A stretch of DNA of 64,000 nucleotides. It comes from Heteronotia binoei (taxonomy: Eukaryota). Each line of letters starts with the position of its first letter. Within the stretch, counting starts at the first letter, position 1. Where the stretch lies: contig NC_083241.1 in the NCBI RefSeq assembly GCF_032191835.1, positions 372,001-436,000 on the forward strand. Reading direction: 5' to 3'. Shown here in pieces: positions 1 to 18,189 of the stretch. The notes under the pieces were generated by a model. It saw only the letters and a program-made list of their open reading frames with translations. It was not told the origin of the DNA and searched no databases. The position numbers were made by a program, and so were the translations under genes.

Positions 1-29
1 GGTTCAATCTTAGTTCTGAAATGCGGCTA

Positions 30-34
<5 letters not shown>

Positions 35-81
<47 letters not shown>
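35..81. repeat. (AT)n microsatellite
   Basis: Uninterrupted ATAT run. Confidence 0.95.
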
Positions 82-84
<3 letters not shown>

Positions 85-86
85 GC

Positions 87-370
87 AGGGCTGCCCCTTG
101 AAACTGATCCAGAAACTCCAGCTGGTTCAGAATGCAGTGCAGCAGGTTCTTACAAGAACCGCAGGGAGACTCTGCATAAAACCGTCGCTCCACCAGCTGC
201 AGTGGCTCCAGATTGAATGCCAGATCAGGTTCAAGGTTTTGGTATTAAACTCTAAAGTCCTATGCAGTCTGGGACTGCCTGTCCTGGTATATCCCCCAAA
301 GAACACTGCATTCAGCTGACAACAACCTGCTAGTGATTCCTGGCCCAAGGAATGTCCAGCTGCCCTTGAC
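87..370 (+). mobile_element. L2-clade LINE 3' fragment (degenerate)
   Basis: Translates to KLQLVQNAVQQVLT...LHQLQWLQIECQIRFKVLVL, the C-terminal motif typical of L2 ORF2. Confidence 0.7.
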
Positions 371-579
371 CAGACACATGGCATTTTTGGCCCTGCCCCC
401 AGCCTGATGGGACTCTGTACTGGGGGTGAAATCCAGGCCTTGCAGCACTTGATGCAGTTCCACAGGGCTGTTTCGCCAGGCCCATGGCTGAGGACGGACT
501 ACTGCAAGCCAGGCTGACTTTCTCCTTCCATCCTTTTTCTTCCCATCTTTTCTCCCTCCCCCTCTTGCTGGCTGGATAT

Positions 580-790
580 GGAGTCACAGAGTTGGAAGGG
601 CCCGTAGAGGCCATGTTGTGCCCCGGCTCCCGAGCTGCATTTGGACCACCACTGATCTAGGCCATGGCTGTGCTTAGAACAGTCCACCTTAAGGAAGGGG
701 ACTTGCTTGGCTCCTGCTTTGGAGGGACGAGTGGTTGTTACAGAAGTATTGGGCCATTTGAACAGCATTAGCCTTTGTTTCTGGAGCACT
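580..790 (-). mobile_element. CR1 LINE 3' end fragment
   Basis: cacagagttggaaggg...gccatg is the reverse complement of the squamate CR1 3' terminus. Confidence 0.5.
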
Positions 791-1744
791 GAAGGTGCAT
801 CAAAGGATGACTGCTGTCAGATGTTAGCTTAGGAGTATCTTTCCTCAGCTCCAAATTTCTTCAAATCTTGGATATACTTGGTAGTCTTGTCCATGACCAA
901 GCTGCATACTGTACTTTCAATTTCCCCCTCTGCATTTTATTGTCATTTGTGCTGCTACTTGTAAGTTTTTTGCTGTGTCTTTGTGTCAGTAAGGAAGGCG
1001 TTCCCTGCTGCTGTCACAGCCCATTGTGGACATGGCCTCACCCCATCAAGACGCAGGCTGTTTTGCCTTCTAGACCTTTTGTGCCCAGCTCAGATTCTCT
1101 TTTCTTCTGCTTGATCCAGCAGTTTCCCTGCAATGTGTTAAAGTACAGCTTTCTCCTGAGAAGGAACCCTTGATGTTTTTTCATTCAGTGCTGTACTTGT
1201 GCATTTTGCACACCTGCTGTCTTGCTGCCCACAGATAGGGGAACATAATCAGAACATTCCCAACCCACATTTCTTAGGGTCAGCTGCCATTGAAGGTTTT
1301 TCCTTTCTGTTCAGTAGAGGCCTCATGGCTTACTTGATATGCTGGTCAAGAGGTGTCCCTGTAGCTTTTGCTACCTGTCCCTCCCTCCTGGATTATCTCC
1401 TTGTTCAGCTCTGTTCCCCTGCAGCCCCCCCCCCCAACCTTGTGTTCCCAGAACTTCTTGAAATGTTGCACTCCTTGACCAAGAGGTCAGGGGATTGAAT
1501 CTGGGATCAGAAATGTGCAGCTGGAGAGTGAGGTTGAGGCCTTATTGATTTTTTACTTCTGTATATAATTATTTTGCTGTTAATAAACATGTTCTGTCAA
1601 GAGATATAAATTCACAGTTTGAGAACTGCTAAATTAACATCTCTGGTGGTGTCTTTTAGGAAGACATGTTTCTGAGTTATAACATATCTTTCTTTTAGAG
1701 TAGTGTTTTCCTTTAATAGTATTGACCAACAATCAGTTTATTTT

Positions 1745-1960
1745 TAAACCATTGTTACCCGCCCTGCCTGTGAATTTAACTGGAACTGTGTCCTCAGGGT
1801 GTCCCCTTTAACTGGTGCTGAGGGCGGGGCTGGGCAGCGTCCTTTCCTTAGTTGCACGAGGCTGCTTGGAAGTCGCAAGCGCTGCCCCCTGCAGGCTGCT
1901 TATCCTGGCCCCTTGGCAAGAGACAAGGAAAGGCAGGTAGCCTGCTTCTGAACAGAAGTC
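1745..1960 (-). mobile_element. L2 LINE 3' tail fragment
   Basis: ttgttacccgccctg and downstream sequence resemble an antisense L2 3' end. Confidence 0.4.
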
Positions 1961-2301
1961 TTCTTTTGTATAAACATTTTTATTCAAGGTATAATAAATG
2001 TACAAGTTACAAAAGTATGTAAACAATATAAACATTCCTTCCCCCCTTTCAACTTCAGTCTCCCTTCATAAAACCCCAACAATAACGAACGATTATAATA
2101 ACAATACTAACAGTATCACCAAGAGCAAAAGGAAGATTAGCTGTATTTGAGCAACTTTCAGTCTAATAACCAAAGTAAGACTTCAAGGAAGGAAACCTTG
2201 CTCTCTACATTAGAAGAGGATAGTATCATCTTCCCAGGAGAATCTTAGGGGACCCAGCAGGAAGCAGCAGCAGAGTGACATTTCCCCCAACTGTGTTGTA
2301 G

Positions 2302-9383
<7,082 letters not shown>

Positions 9384-9644
9384 GGGGCCTCCTCGGAGCC
9401 CGCTTGCCTGTGGAGTAGCCCGCTGGCCATCGCGGGCAGACCAATCGTGCAGCAGCAGCTGTCGGAAGGCGCGAAGAAGCCACTGGGGGGTGGATGAGAG
9501 GGGCCCCAAACTGCTGCCGTTCCGTTTCCTTTTCTGCTCCCTCTTCTCTTTGCTGCACTGGCCACGGATGCCGCCCTGGACTGGTTGAGGGTGGGGGTGG
9601 GGGGGCTTGTTTTCTAATGTTTTGTACATTTGGAGGAGTGGAAA

Positions 9645-9650
9645 AATAAA
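9645..9650 (+). promoter_or_regulatory. PDIA3 polyadenylation signal
   Basis: AATAAA about 260 nt after the stop codon. Confidence 0.65.
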
Positions 9651-12534
9651 CTACCCCCAATCCCGAGATGGGCTGTGCTTGATGAAGTGGCCCAGAGCCC
9701 TGCAAGAGCGTCAGTGGGGAGAGGACAGCCTGCTGAGGGAGCGGAGGGGGGGCGGGGGGAATATGGAGCTTTTGGCCTGGCCAGGTCTGGCCGGGGGAAC
9801 AGCTTCCGAGGGCAGCAGGAGACCAGTGGGCCCCCTATCCAGGGACGAATGGAGCTGCAACTCTCCTGAGCCCAGACCTTGGGACTCGCTTCAGGTGCTC
9901 CGGGGCTTGCCAGTGTTGCTGTCCTTGGGGAAATCCCTGCTGGGGGGGGGCGGGGCTGCTCCCTTAGCTTTTTTTAAAAGGGAGCAGGTGTGTGCCTGCT
10001 CCAGGAGGGGGATGTCCTGAAGCAGGGCTGCTGCCTAAAGACTGCGGAAGGGGAGAAGCTGACTTCCCCAGCTCACGGGGCATATTCTCCTCTTCCTATC
10101 CCTGGGCAGAGGGGGACTGGATGTTCCATGGCCCTAGACACATCTGCCACTCAATTCAAAAACAAGGGAAGAAGAACTAAGTCTGAATACAGCTTGAGAC
10201 ACCCTGGGGTGTACAACGCTTGTGTCCTTTGCAAGAGATGTGTTTCTAGTTCTCAGATCAAATGGCATCTGGTTTTTGCTGCATGTCGGGCCAGAGAATG
10301 GGGAAAGTCTGTCAGAGTCTGTCTGGCTGCAGCTGCTATCTCCTTCTAAGCTCTGTGCTTTCCCAGGAAGATGCCCGAGTGGCTGAAGCCTCTGCCAGCA
10401 AGGCATCTCTGCAGAAAGGTGGAGGAGCTGACGCTTTCCTGGGCTCCCGTCTGCTAAAACGTGTGCCACAGTTAGCTTTGTTTCCACACCACAGGAGAGG
10501 GGACAGAGTTCAGCTGAGCGTCTGGGGCCCTCCCTGCAGTCAAGGAAGCGCAGGGGGGAAGCCGGCACTCTCTGGCCTTCAAGGACAGTGGGTGCTTCGC
10601 TTGCAGAAGGGCAGCACGCCCAGCAACATACGAGGGGGTGAGGAGAAGAGGCACGAGCAGCCTGCACCCCTGGTTAGTGCCAAGGTGGCAGCAGCTTCCT
10701 TTCCCAGAGGGGTGTGCCCAGCGGCAGGCACAGACTGCAGCCTGAAGCCCTGGGCTGGTTGGACTGGCTCCTCCATCAGCCTCCAGGGGGCGGAAGGCTT
10801 TGCCGCCTTTCAGGGGAAGAGCTTTTGGGGCGGCTCCCAGCAGCCAGGGAGCAGTGCCTCTTCTTCCCAGCAGTGCTGGCCTTGCCTGCCAAAGGAAGCA
10901 CCTGGCTTCAGTGGGTGGGTGTGGCTGACATCCAGAGGAGGGGGAGGGCTGCCTGTCCCTCCCTGGTGGCTTCTGCTCCCGCACCTGGCCCAGATGGGGT
11001 CTCCAGTCACTCTCCACTCAGTGAGAGTCCCTGAGGGATGGGTCAGAACCAACGCAGTCCCAACTTTGCTCGGTATGTTCTGGGTGGCAGCACACAGGTG
11101 CCCCTGATGCTCAGTAGAGTCCCTCCCTGAGCCCCCGACTGCTCTGAAGCTGGGTGGATGCTGGGGTTAAAGCAGGATGTCTGAGGGAAGCTCCTGAGAG
11201 CCTCTTTCCTGGGTGGCCGGAGGATGCTGAGGCAGAAGGAAGCGTAATTACCTTGTTCTGCAACACCACACAGAATAAATGGCAGATCTCAGAGCTGCGA
11301 GATGTGAATGTCGGATGTTTGAGAGGAGCCAGACAGGAAGGGAGGCAAATAGATGGGGAGGGGGAGGTGGGAAGCAATTTTAAATGCCTCCTTCAAGCTG
11401 CTGGCTGGCTTGGCTGGGAGAAGTGCTTTAAAGAGAGCTGGGCGGGGGGGGGGGGCTTTGAGAGCCACCATTTGGCCACCCCCCTTTTAGGCTCGGCAGG
11501 TCTAGAGGGGAATCCCAATTCCAGGCAAAGCATGAGGAGGAATGCTTTCATCTTTTCTGTTCTTCAGAACGGAGAAACAGGTGGGGAATTGTGCATCGTT
11601 GCTGGTACTTGCTGGGGTTGGCTGCGTCTTAGGTGCAGCGGGCACAGGCTGGAGAAGGCTTACCCTAATGGGCTCATCAGTGCAGTAATGGGATTAGTGC
11701 CCTCGCTGCTCATGGTGCCTGCTGGCTCAGCCCATCTTGCTTCCGGCCGCTGTCTGCAGATGCCAAGAGCTGCCTTCTCCTTGCTGTTGATGTCTTGGGG
11801 GAAGGGGGGGAGGAGGGGGGGTGCCACCTTTGGGCCATGCTTGGCAAAGGGAGATGAGAGGGAGAGAGCAAGCAGCGGCCCCCACCGGGGTTGGAGAGTC
11901 CCCTTCCTGCTGCCCCCTATGGCCATTCGGGGGCCCCACCGCAGGAGGAGGAGGGCCTTCTACCAGCGCGTGGAACGCTTGCTGGGGGCGACCGGGGCTG
12001 ACTTCAAGTGGTTGTTTGCTGCTGACGGCTGGCAGGACCTGCTGGGTGAGATACGGGGTGGGGAGGGGGGAGGCATTGGAAAAGCAGGCCTGCTTCCCAG
12101 CAGCAGAGGCGGCAGTGTGGCAGGAAGGCTGGGGGGGCCACTGATGCCCCACTTTGCGTTAGGTCATCTGGGGACGCTGGCTTCCTCTGGCAAGCCCAGG
12201 ATCTGGCCCGGGGGGGGGGGCGGGTTGCACTTCAGCATTTCCTGGCACAGCTTTGCTGCTTGGGCAGCCCCCAGCCTTTCCGTGTTGCAGGTGGGTGATT
12301 CATACCCTCCCTCCCCCCCCGCAAAGAGTGCCAGGAGCTTCCCTGCAACTCCGGTGGGGGGACAAAGGGCAATTAACCGGGGTCGGGGGAGCTTATGCTG
12401 CCCCCAGTCAAGGTGTTACGTGGCTGCCACTCCTCCCCCCCCCCAAGTGGCTGTGGGGAGTGAGACTGCAGGGGGCCCCCTCACTGCCCTTTCCCCCCTT
12501 GGGCAAAGGGGAAGGTTTTCCCTCTGGCTCAGAG

Positions 12535-12751
12535 GAGGAGATGGGATTTATACCCTTGCCCTTCTCTGAGTGGCTCACCATCTCTTTTCCCTTCCTTTTG
12601 TGAAGAGACACCCTGTGAGGCAGGTGGGGCTGAGAGAGCAGCGCTTCCGAGAACTGTTACTGGCCCAAGGTCACCCAGCAGCTGCACATGGAGGAGTGGG
12701 AAATCAAAGCTGGTTCTCCCAAACTAGAGGCAGCGCTCCTAACCACCACCA
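12535..12751 (-). mobile_element. Squam3-like tRNA-derived SINE (older copy)
   Basis: Homologous to the SINEs at 26916-27188 and 59467. Confidence 0.75.
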
Positions 12752-13520
12752 GGGGTGTTGAACTCATTTGTTAGGAGGGCCGGATGTGCCCCAAATGGGA
12801 CTTCGTGGGGCCAGGCCCTGTGTGTCTTAAAATGAAAAGCCAGAGAAACTTTATAAAGGACACAGACAAACACAATTAAATATATGTTTTAACTTAAAAT
12901 ACAAACATGCTTAAAACTCTTCAAATATTTTGTTTAGAATGAAAAGGTGGAATGGTGGGATTTGGCAATGCAATTTTTAAAAAATAAAACAGGATCACAG
13001 CGGAAATTAAAAATATAAAATGCTCTAAGCTTGGGAAAACAGTGAAATGGCATTGCAAGCTTCTTCCCCCCCCCAAAGGGGGGGTCTACTCAGAATGGCA
13101 ATGGCTCTCCAGTGTAATATCCCCCTTTGACTGTGGGTCCCCAGGTTAGAGTTCTCAGTAGGTCAGGTCCATTCAGCAGAGACAAGAAGCTCCAAGAAGC
13201 ATGAGCTTCAGATGTCTATATAGGAACACTGAATGTGAAATTGGTCTCCACTCCATTGAAACACCCTGCAGAAACAGATAAAGTTGCAAGGAAAACATGG
13301 AATGGTTTTTCCTTTAAGGTCTCTGGGCACAGAGACCTTAATGGAAAATCCACTCCCCATTTTCCTGGTAGCTTTGCTTCCTGCTGCCGAGAACTGAAGG
13401 AGCAGGGAACTTAGTCAGCCTTGGAGCTTCAAAGGGTGCGGACAGGAGGGGGGGAGAAAAGAGCCCTGTGGGCCTGATTAAAACCCTGGGTGGGCCAGTT
13501 CCAGCCCCCTTCCCTGACAT
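12750..13520 (+). mobile_element. hAT-type MITE, copy 1
   Basis: Begins caggggtgttgaactc (Charlie-type TIR) and aligns by eye over ~700 bp with 20229-21070. Confidence 0.65.
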
Positions 13521-14176
13521 CCAGAAGCTCTCTTCCCTTGTGAAGAAAGAAGAGGCACCTGGAGGGCTGCCATGGCTAGGAGTGGAGCCAGGGTGGGTAC
13601 AGCATCTCCTGTTGCCCCGTCCTATCCACAATCTGGGGGGGGGGGTGTTCCTGGAAGCAGAATACTTGGCCACAGGACTCCCCCCTCTGCCTGCTGCCTC
13701 CTCACCTTGGTGGCCGGTTCCAGCTGGAGGGCTCTCTTCAGCAGCTCTGTGGCCGCCTGCTCCGCCAGCAGCTGAACAGAGAAGGAGGAGGAGGTCAGCT
13801 CTTTGCTGCCTCCAGCTTCCCCCCTCCCCGCGTCCGTCCTTCCATCCCTGCCAGGAGGCGCACCTTGCCTTTCCAGAAGAGGGCCTTGGGGGTGTGGGGA
13901 TCCAGGTGCAGGGCCTCATCGCAGGAGGCCAGGGCTTCCTCCCACAGCTGCAGCTGGGCGGCTGTACAGTTATTGAGACACTTGCCCCGGAGCTGTGGAT
14001 GTGAGCGGCAGAGCAACGGCAGCAGGGAGGGGGCCTGAGGTGGGTGTCCCTGGGAGGAGGAGAAAGAGGGGGCCTTCTGTCTTTTTTTTTGGGGGGGGGG
14101 GGCTCCTACCCAGCCTCATTGTCTACAATGGATCCATCGGCCCCCGCTTTCCTTCCAGTTCCCCCACTCCAGTCTA

Positions 14177-14360
14177 GGGCTGCCAATGTTGGGGGTGGTG
14201 GTGGTGGTCTGGAGCTCTACCCGAATTAGAGCTAATCTCCAGATTAGAGATCACTTTTTAGGGTTGCCAGCCTCCAGATGGGGCCTGGAGATCACCCAGA
14301 ACTCCTCTGGAGAAAATGGCTGCTTTGGAGAAAATGGCTGTCTCTCTCTCTGGCCTTGCA
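14177..14360 (+). mobile_element. TAGGGTTGCCA-type hAT-derived repeat fragments
   Basis: tagggctgcca / tagggttgcca termini. Related pieces occur at ~21515-21690 and ~42920. Confidence 0.4.
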
Positions 14361-14974
14361 CCCCACAGAGGTGCCCCCCCTCCCCACATTTCCAGGAGCC
14401 CTCCAGATGCCCCATTGCTTGCTGGGGGTCAAGGAGTGGGGGGGGGGGAAGGGGAGCAGTTGGGGGGCCCCCAAGAGCCTTCCCTCCTGGAGCTGAGCCA
14501 GGTGTCTCCTCCTCCGCCCCCTCCCTCAGGCTCTTCACGCTGAACTCTCCAGAATGGCTGGGCAGCAGAGGGGGGGCCAGCTGGCACTTGGAAGGGATTC
14601 ACCCGGACTGGCCAAGGGGGCAGACCCCCCAGTGGGAGCCAGGAGCCCCTGGAGTGCCCTCCCGCCCGAGTGAATCATCGCTGTTGCCTCCTGGGCAGGT
14701 GCTGGGAAGGCTGCGCCAGATTCTCCCAGGTAGGTAGCCCTGCTGGCTTCTCCGCAGCTGATCTGCGGCTCCTCTGAGCTCCCCCAGAAGTGGCTGGGCA
14801 GCCCTGGGCTGTGCAACTCCCTTCCTGGCAAGGAGGAAGGCTCCCCCCAGGCTGCCCCATGGGGGATGCATTGCAGAGGGGGGAGCAGCTGGGAGGCAAG
14901 GGCCTGGGGTCTCCCTTCAGTCACAGCCCCCTCCCCACATTGCACTTTTGATCCATGAAAAGGGAGCACAGCAG

Positions 14975-15495
14975 TAGGTTCTAATGGGATCAACATATCT
15001 ACAGGACCACCTCTCCCCCCATGTACCCCAAAGATCATGGAGATCTGGCTCACAACACCTACTGACTGTCCCTGGCCCTCAACCGGGGCCAGGGCCTTTT
15101 TGGCCTTGGCCCCAGCCTGGTGGAATCAGCTCCCTGTGGAGATCTGGTTCCTTACTGAACTGCTACCTTTTTGTAGGGCCTGTAAAACAGAGCTATTCCG
15201 CTGGGCCTTCGGTTGAGGCAGCGGGCGTCCTATTCTACCGCCTGGCCCCTCTGCTATGACATCACTTCTGCTGCGTTACCACCGTCTAAATTTCATTACA
15301 GTTAGACCTCAGTATGTTGTGAAATATATCCAACGATGCCACCATCTATAATTTGTTATAATTTGTATATAGCTTATTTGACTGTTTTATAATATTGCTT
15401 TTAATTGTATATTTTAAATTGATATTTTATTATGTTGTTATCCGCCATCAGCCCATTTCTGGGAAAATGTGGAATACAAATTAACTAAAATAAAT
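14975..15495 (+). mobile_element. L2 LINE 3' fragment with A-rich tail
   Basis: Encodes ..ALAPAWWNQLPVEI..FCRACKTELFRWAF, followed by an AT-rich tail. Confidence 0.7.
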
Positions 15496-16310
15496 AAAAA
15501 ACCGTCCAGCAGTTCAGCTACCTGGGGTGCATCATCTCCTCAGATGCTAAGATCGACAAGGAGATTGACAACAGGCTGGCAAAGGCAAACCGTGCGTTTG
15601 GCCGACTGCACAAAAGAGTATGGAGCAACAAGCATCTGAAAAAAGGCACAAAGATCAATGTTTACAAAGCGGTTGTGATGACAACCCTCATCTACGGCTC
15701 CGAATCGTGGGTTTTATACCGTCATCACCTGCGACTCCTTGAGCGCTTTCATCAGCGCTGCCTTCGCACCATCCTCAACATCCACTGGAGTGACTTTGTG
15801 ACCAACACTGAAGTTCTCAAGCGGGCGGAGGTTACCAGCATCGAGGCACTGCTGTTGAAGACGCAGCTGCGCTGGGCAGGGCATATTTCTAGGATGGAAA
15901 ACCACCGCCTTCCCAAGATTGCCCTGTATGGCGAACTCTCCACCGGCCATCGAAATAGAGGGGCACCAAAGAAGAGGTACAAGGACTCCTTGAAGAAATC
16001 CCTTGGCACCTGTCGCATCAACCATCACCAGTGGTCTGACCTAGCCTCAGATTGCAAAGCATGGAGGCACACCATCCACCAGGCTGTCTCTTCTTTTGAG
16101 AACGCACGCATAGCTGGTCTTGAGGACAAAAGGAGATTGAGGAAGAATCGCACTGCTACAGCACCAACCCCAAATCAGACTTTTCCCTGCAGCCACTGTG
16201 GCCGGACCTGCCTGTCCCGCATTGGTCTTGTCAGCCACCAGCGAGCCTGCAGCAGACGTGGACTATTGCACCCTTCTTAAATCTTCATTCGCGAAGCCAA
16301 GCCGAGAGAG
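15496..16310 (+). mobile_element. RTE-clade LINE, 5'-truncated, open reading frame intact
   Basis: Stop-free frame 15498-16280: TVQQFSYLGCIISSD..LIYGSESWVLY..QLRWAGHISRM..RLPKIALYGEL..GAPKKRYKDSLK, ending in the zinc knuckle CSHCGRTCLSRIGLVSHQRAC. Confidence 0.92.
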
Positions 16311-17189
16311 AAAATAAATTAAATAAAATTGCTTTGCTCGGTGCACAGCCGCTGGGACTTTCTGCATGACAGACTAGTCAGGCCGATGGCTCTTTCACCC
16401 CAGCAAAAGGAAGAGGGGAGAGGTGAACAAACGAGGGTCACCATCTCCCCGGCAGGAGCAGCCTCTCCGCTGGAGACCGTGTGGTTTTCTGTGCTGCAGC
16501 CTGTTTGGACTCCTGCCTGCCCTGAAGACTGCAACTTCCACACCTGCGCAGCCTCTGCTGCTTGCACCTGAGAGCCCCCCGGGAGTCCTGAAGGGAAGAG
16601 GGCTGACTGCAGCCCTGCTCTGAAGCTCTCTGTGCATTTTGGATGAAGCAGGAACACTCTTTCACTGGCTGGTTATGGGATGGCAGGCTTCATACACCCC
16701 TGTGAGAGCAGGAGGCGTCTTCCTAGCAACACCCTCTCTGGAGAAAGCCGCCTTCCTTCAACTTTTGCCTGCTGGGGCCTTCCTGCTCTAGTTAAGTCCA
16801 CAGGAGGAGGTGGGAGTGACTCTGTGTAAGATCGCTTCATCAGAAAGACCACCTCCTTCACCTTCTCAAGCAGCTGCAGGCTGATTTCTTCTCAAAAGAA
16901 AATCAACAGGGGGTGGCCTGGCCTCCTCGGGGTGGGAGCCCAGCCATTGGTCTCCTGCCAGCGGACCAGTGCCCCTCAGCCAGCGGAGCCAGGGGGAGGG
17001 AGGCTTCTTCATTGCCCCAGACATCCTCTGTCAGGAGTCGGATTTCCGTGCCTAAGTGCCCTTAGCATTGTGAGGGACAAGGATGGGGGTGCATTTGGGG
17101 CTAGTCTGCTCTGTCCTCCCCCCTCCTGTCAACCCCCCCACCCCCAGAGAGCTTGCAGAAGACCCCAAGTGCCTGACGTCATTTCCCCC

Positions 17190-17326
17190 TTTTATCCTCA
17201 CAATGACCCCTCCCTGCAAGGTAGGCCACGCTGAGAGCATGTGACTGGCCCCCCAGGAAGCTTCCGTGTCACGAGTTGGGATTCGAACCTGGTTCTCCCA
17301 GAGCCTAGTCTGCACTGAAACCACAA
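17190..17326 (-). mobile_element. Degenerate Squam3-like SINE
   Basis: gattcgaacctggttctccc (antisense B-box region) and ttttatcctcacaa tail. Confidence 0.55.
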
Positions 17327-17790
17327 TGGCAGGCGGGCTCTCTGCACCACGTAGAGAAGCAAGCACTGGGGGGGGGGGAACCTGCAACATCCCCATCCTC
17401 CCCCTCTGAGGGCATGCAAGCCTCTCTCAAAGCAAATCCCACCTGTGTGTCCGTCCAGGGAAATCCGGGGGCAGAACCGGACCCCGCAGCAGCTTGAAGC
17501 CAACGGCTGCTTCACATCGTGGTGCAACTGAACCCCCTGATGCTGTCATCATCCCCCAAGGCTCCCTCTGCCAGAGCCCACCGGGGGGGGGGCCCTGCCC
17601 CTCTGCCCTCTTGAGAAGGGCTGGGATTCTAGGCTTCCTGCCCCACCCCCAACACAGCACAGAACCCCAAAGAATGGGCCCTGCTTGGGAAACAGGCTCA
17701 CAAAGCTCGTGAGGGTGCACAGCCCCCACCCCACCCCCACCCCTCCTGGGGAAGAAGACAAGGAAGGCAGGCAGCAGCACAGAGCATGAC

Positions 17791-17796
17791 TTTATT
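17791..17796 (-). promoter_or_regulatory. SERINC4 polyadenylation signal
   Basis: AATAAA on the minus strand about 400 nt after the stop codon. Confidence 0.6.
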
Positions 17797-18189
17797 AGTA
17801 GGCCTGGCTGGATGTCCATGACCACAGTCGTCCTCCCCTCTGTCTTCCTCCACCACCACTGGTGCCCCTGGGGGGAGAGGGAGGAAGAGCGCCCTTCACC
17901 AGCATCACTCTGCCAGGACAAGGAAACCCCTCGGTTCTCCCCTTGGGTCCGGGGCTCCTCCTGCCACTGTGTTTTCTCTGCTCTCCCTGCTCCCCTTTAA
18001 CTTCTGCTGCCCACTCCGGGAGCAGCAGCCACGTCCTTCCCCGGTGCCCTCTGCCAGCTCCTCCCGGCTGGGAGCAGCAACACTGGTGCCCTTGGCACAG
18101 GAGGGTGGGGCTGCTGAGACCCCTCCCTGGGCACTCCCCCCCCCCCCCCGCGGGAGGTGCTGCAGGCAGCAAGAGTCTCTGGCCCCAGG

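Larger units (their letters stand above)
11919..14830. pseudogene. FKBP8-paralogue (FKBP16-like) relic with internally inverted TPR exons
   Basis: Plus exon 11919-12045 (..FKWLFAADGWQDLL, phase-1 donor GTGAG). Minus exons 13992-13864 (LRGKCLNNCTAAQLQLWEEALASCDEALHLDPHTPKALFWKGK) and 13771-13706 (LLAEQAATELLKRALQLEPATK). Plus exon from 14530 (ALHAELSRMAGQQ) and a decayed tail near 14779-14830 (LPQKWL). These match FKBP8 motifs EEWLDILG, KCLNNLAASQLKL..KALFRKGK, LKLEPSNK, TIHAELSKL and IPWKWL. Confidence 0.75.

Noticed and set aside
11664-11793. Minus-strand exon-like segment (AG..GTAAG) as an FKBP or SERF2 exon
   Set aside because: No convincing motif in any frame, and the true post-TPR exon was found on the plus strand at 14530.
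11154-12569. 471-aa plus-strand ORF as a single-exon gene
   Set aside because: Low-complexity GC-rich sequence. Only 11919-12045 looks coding and it ends at a splice donor.
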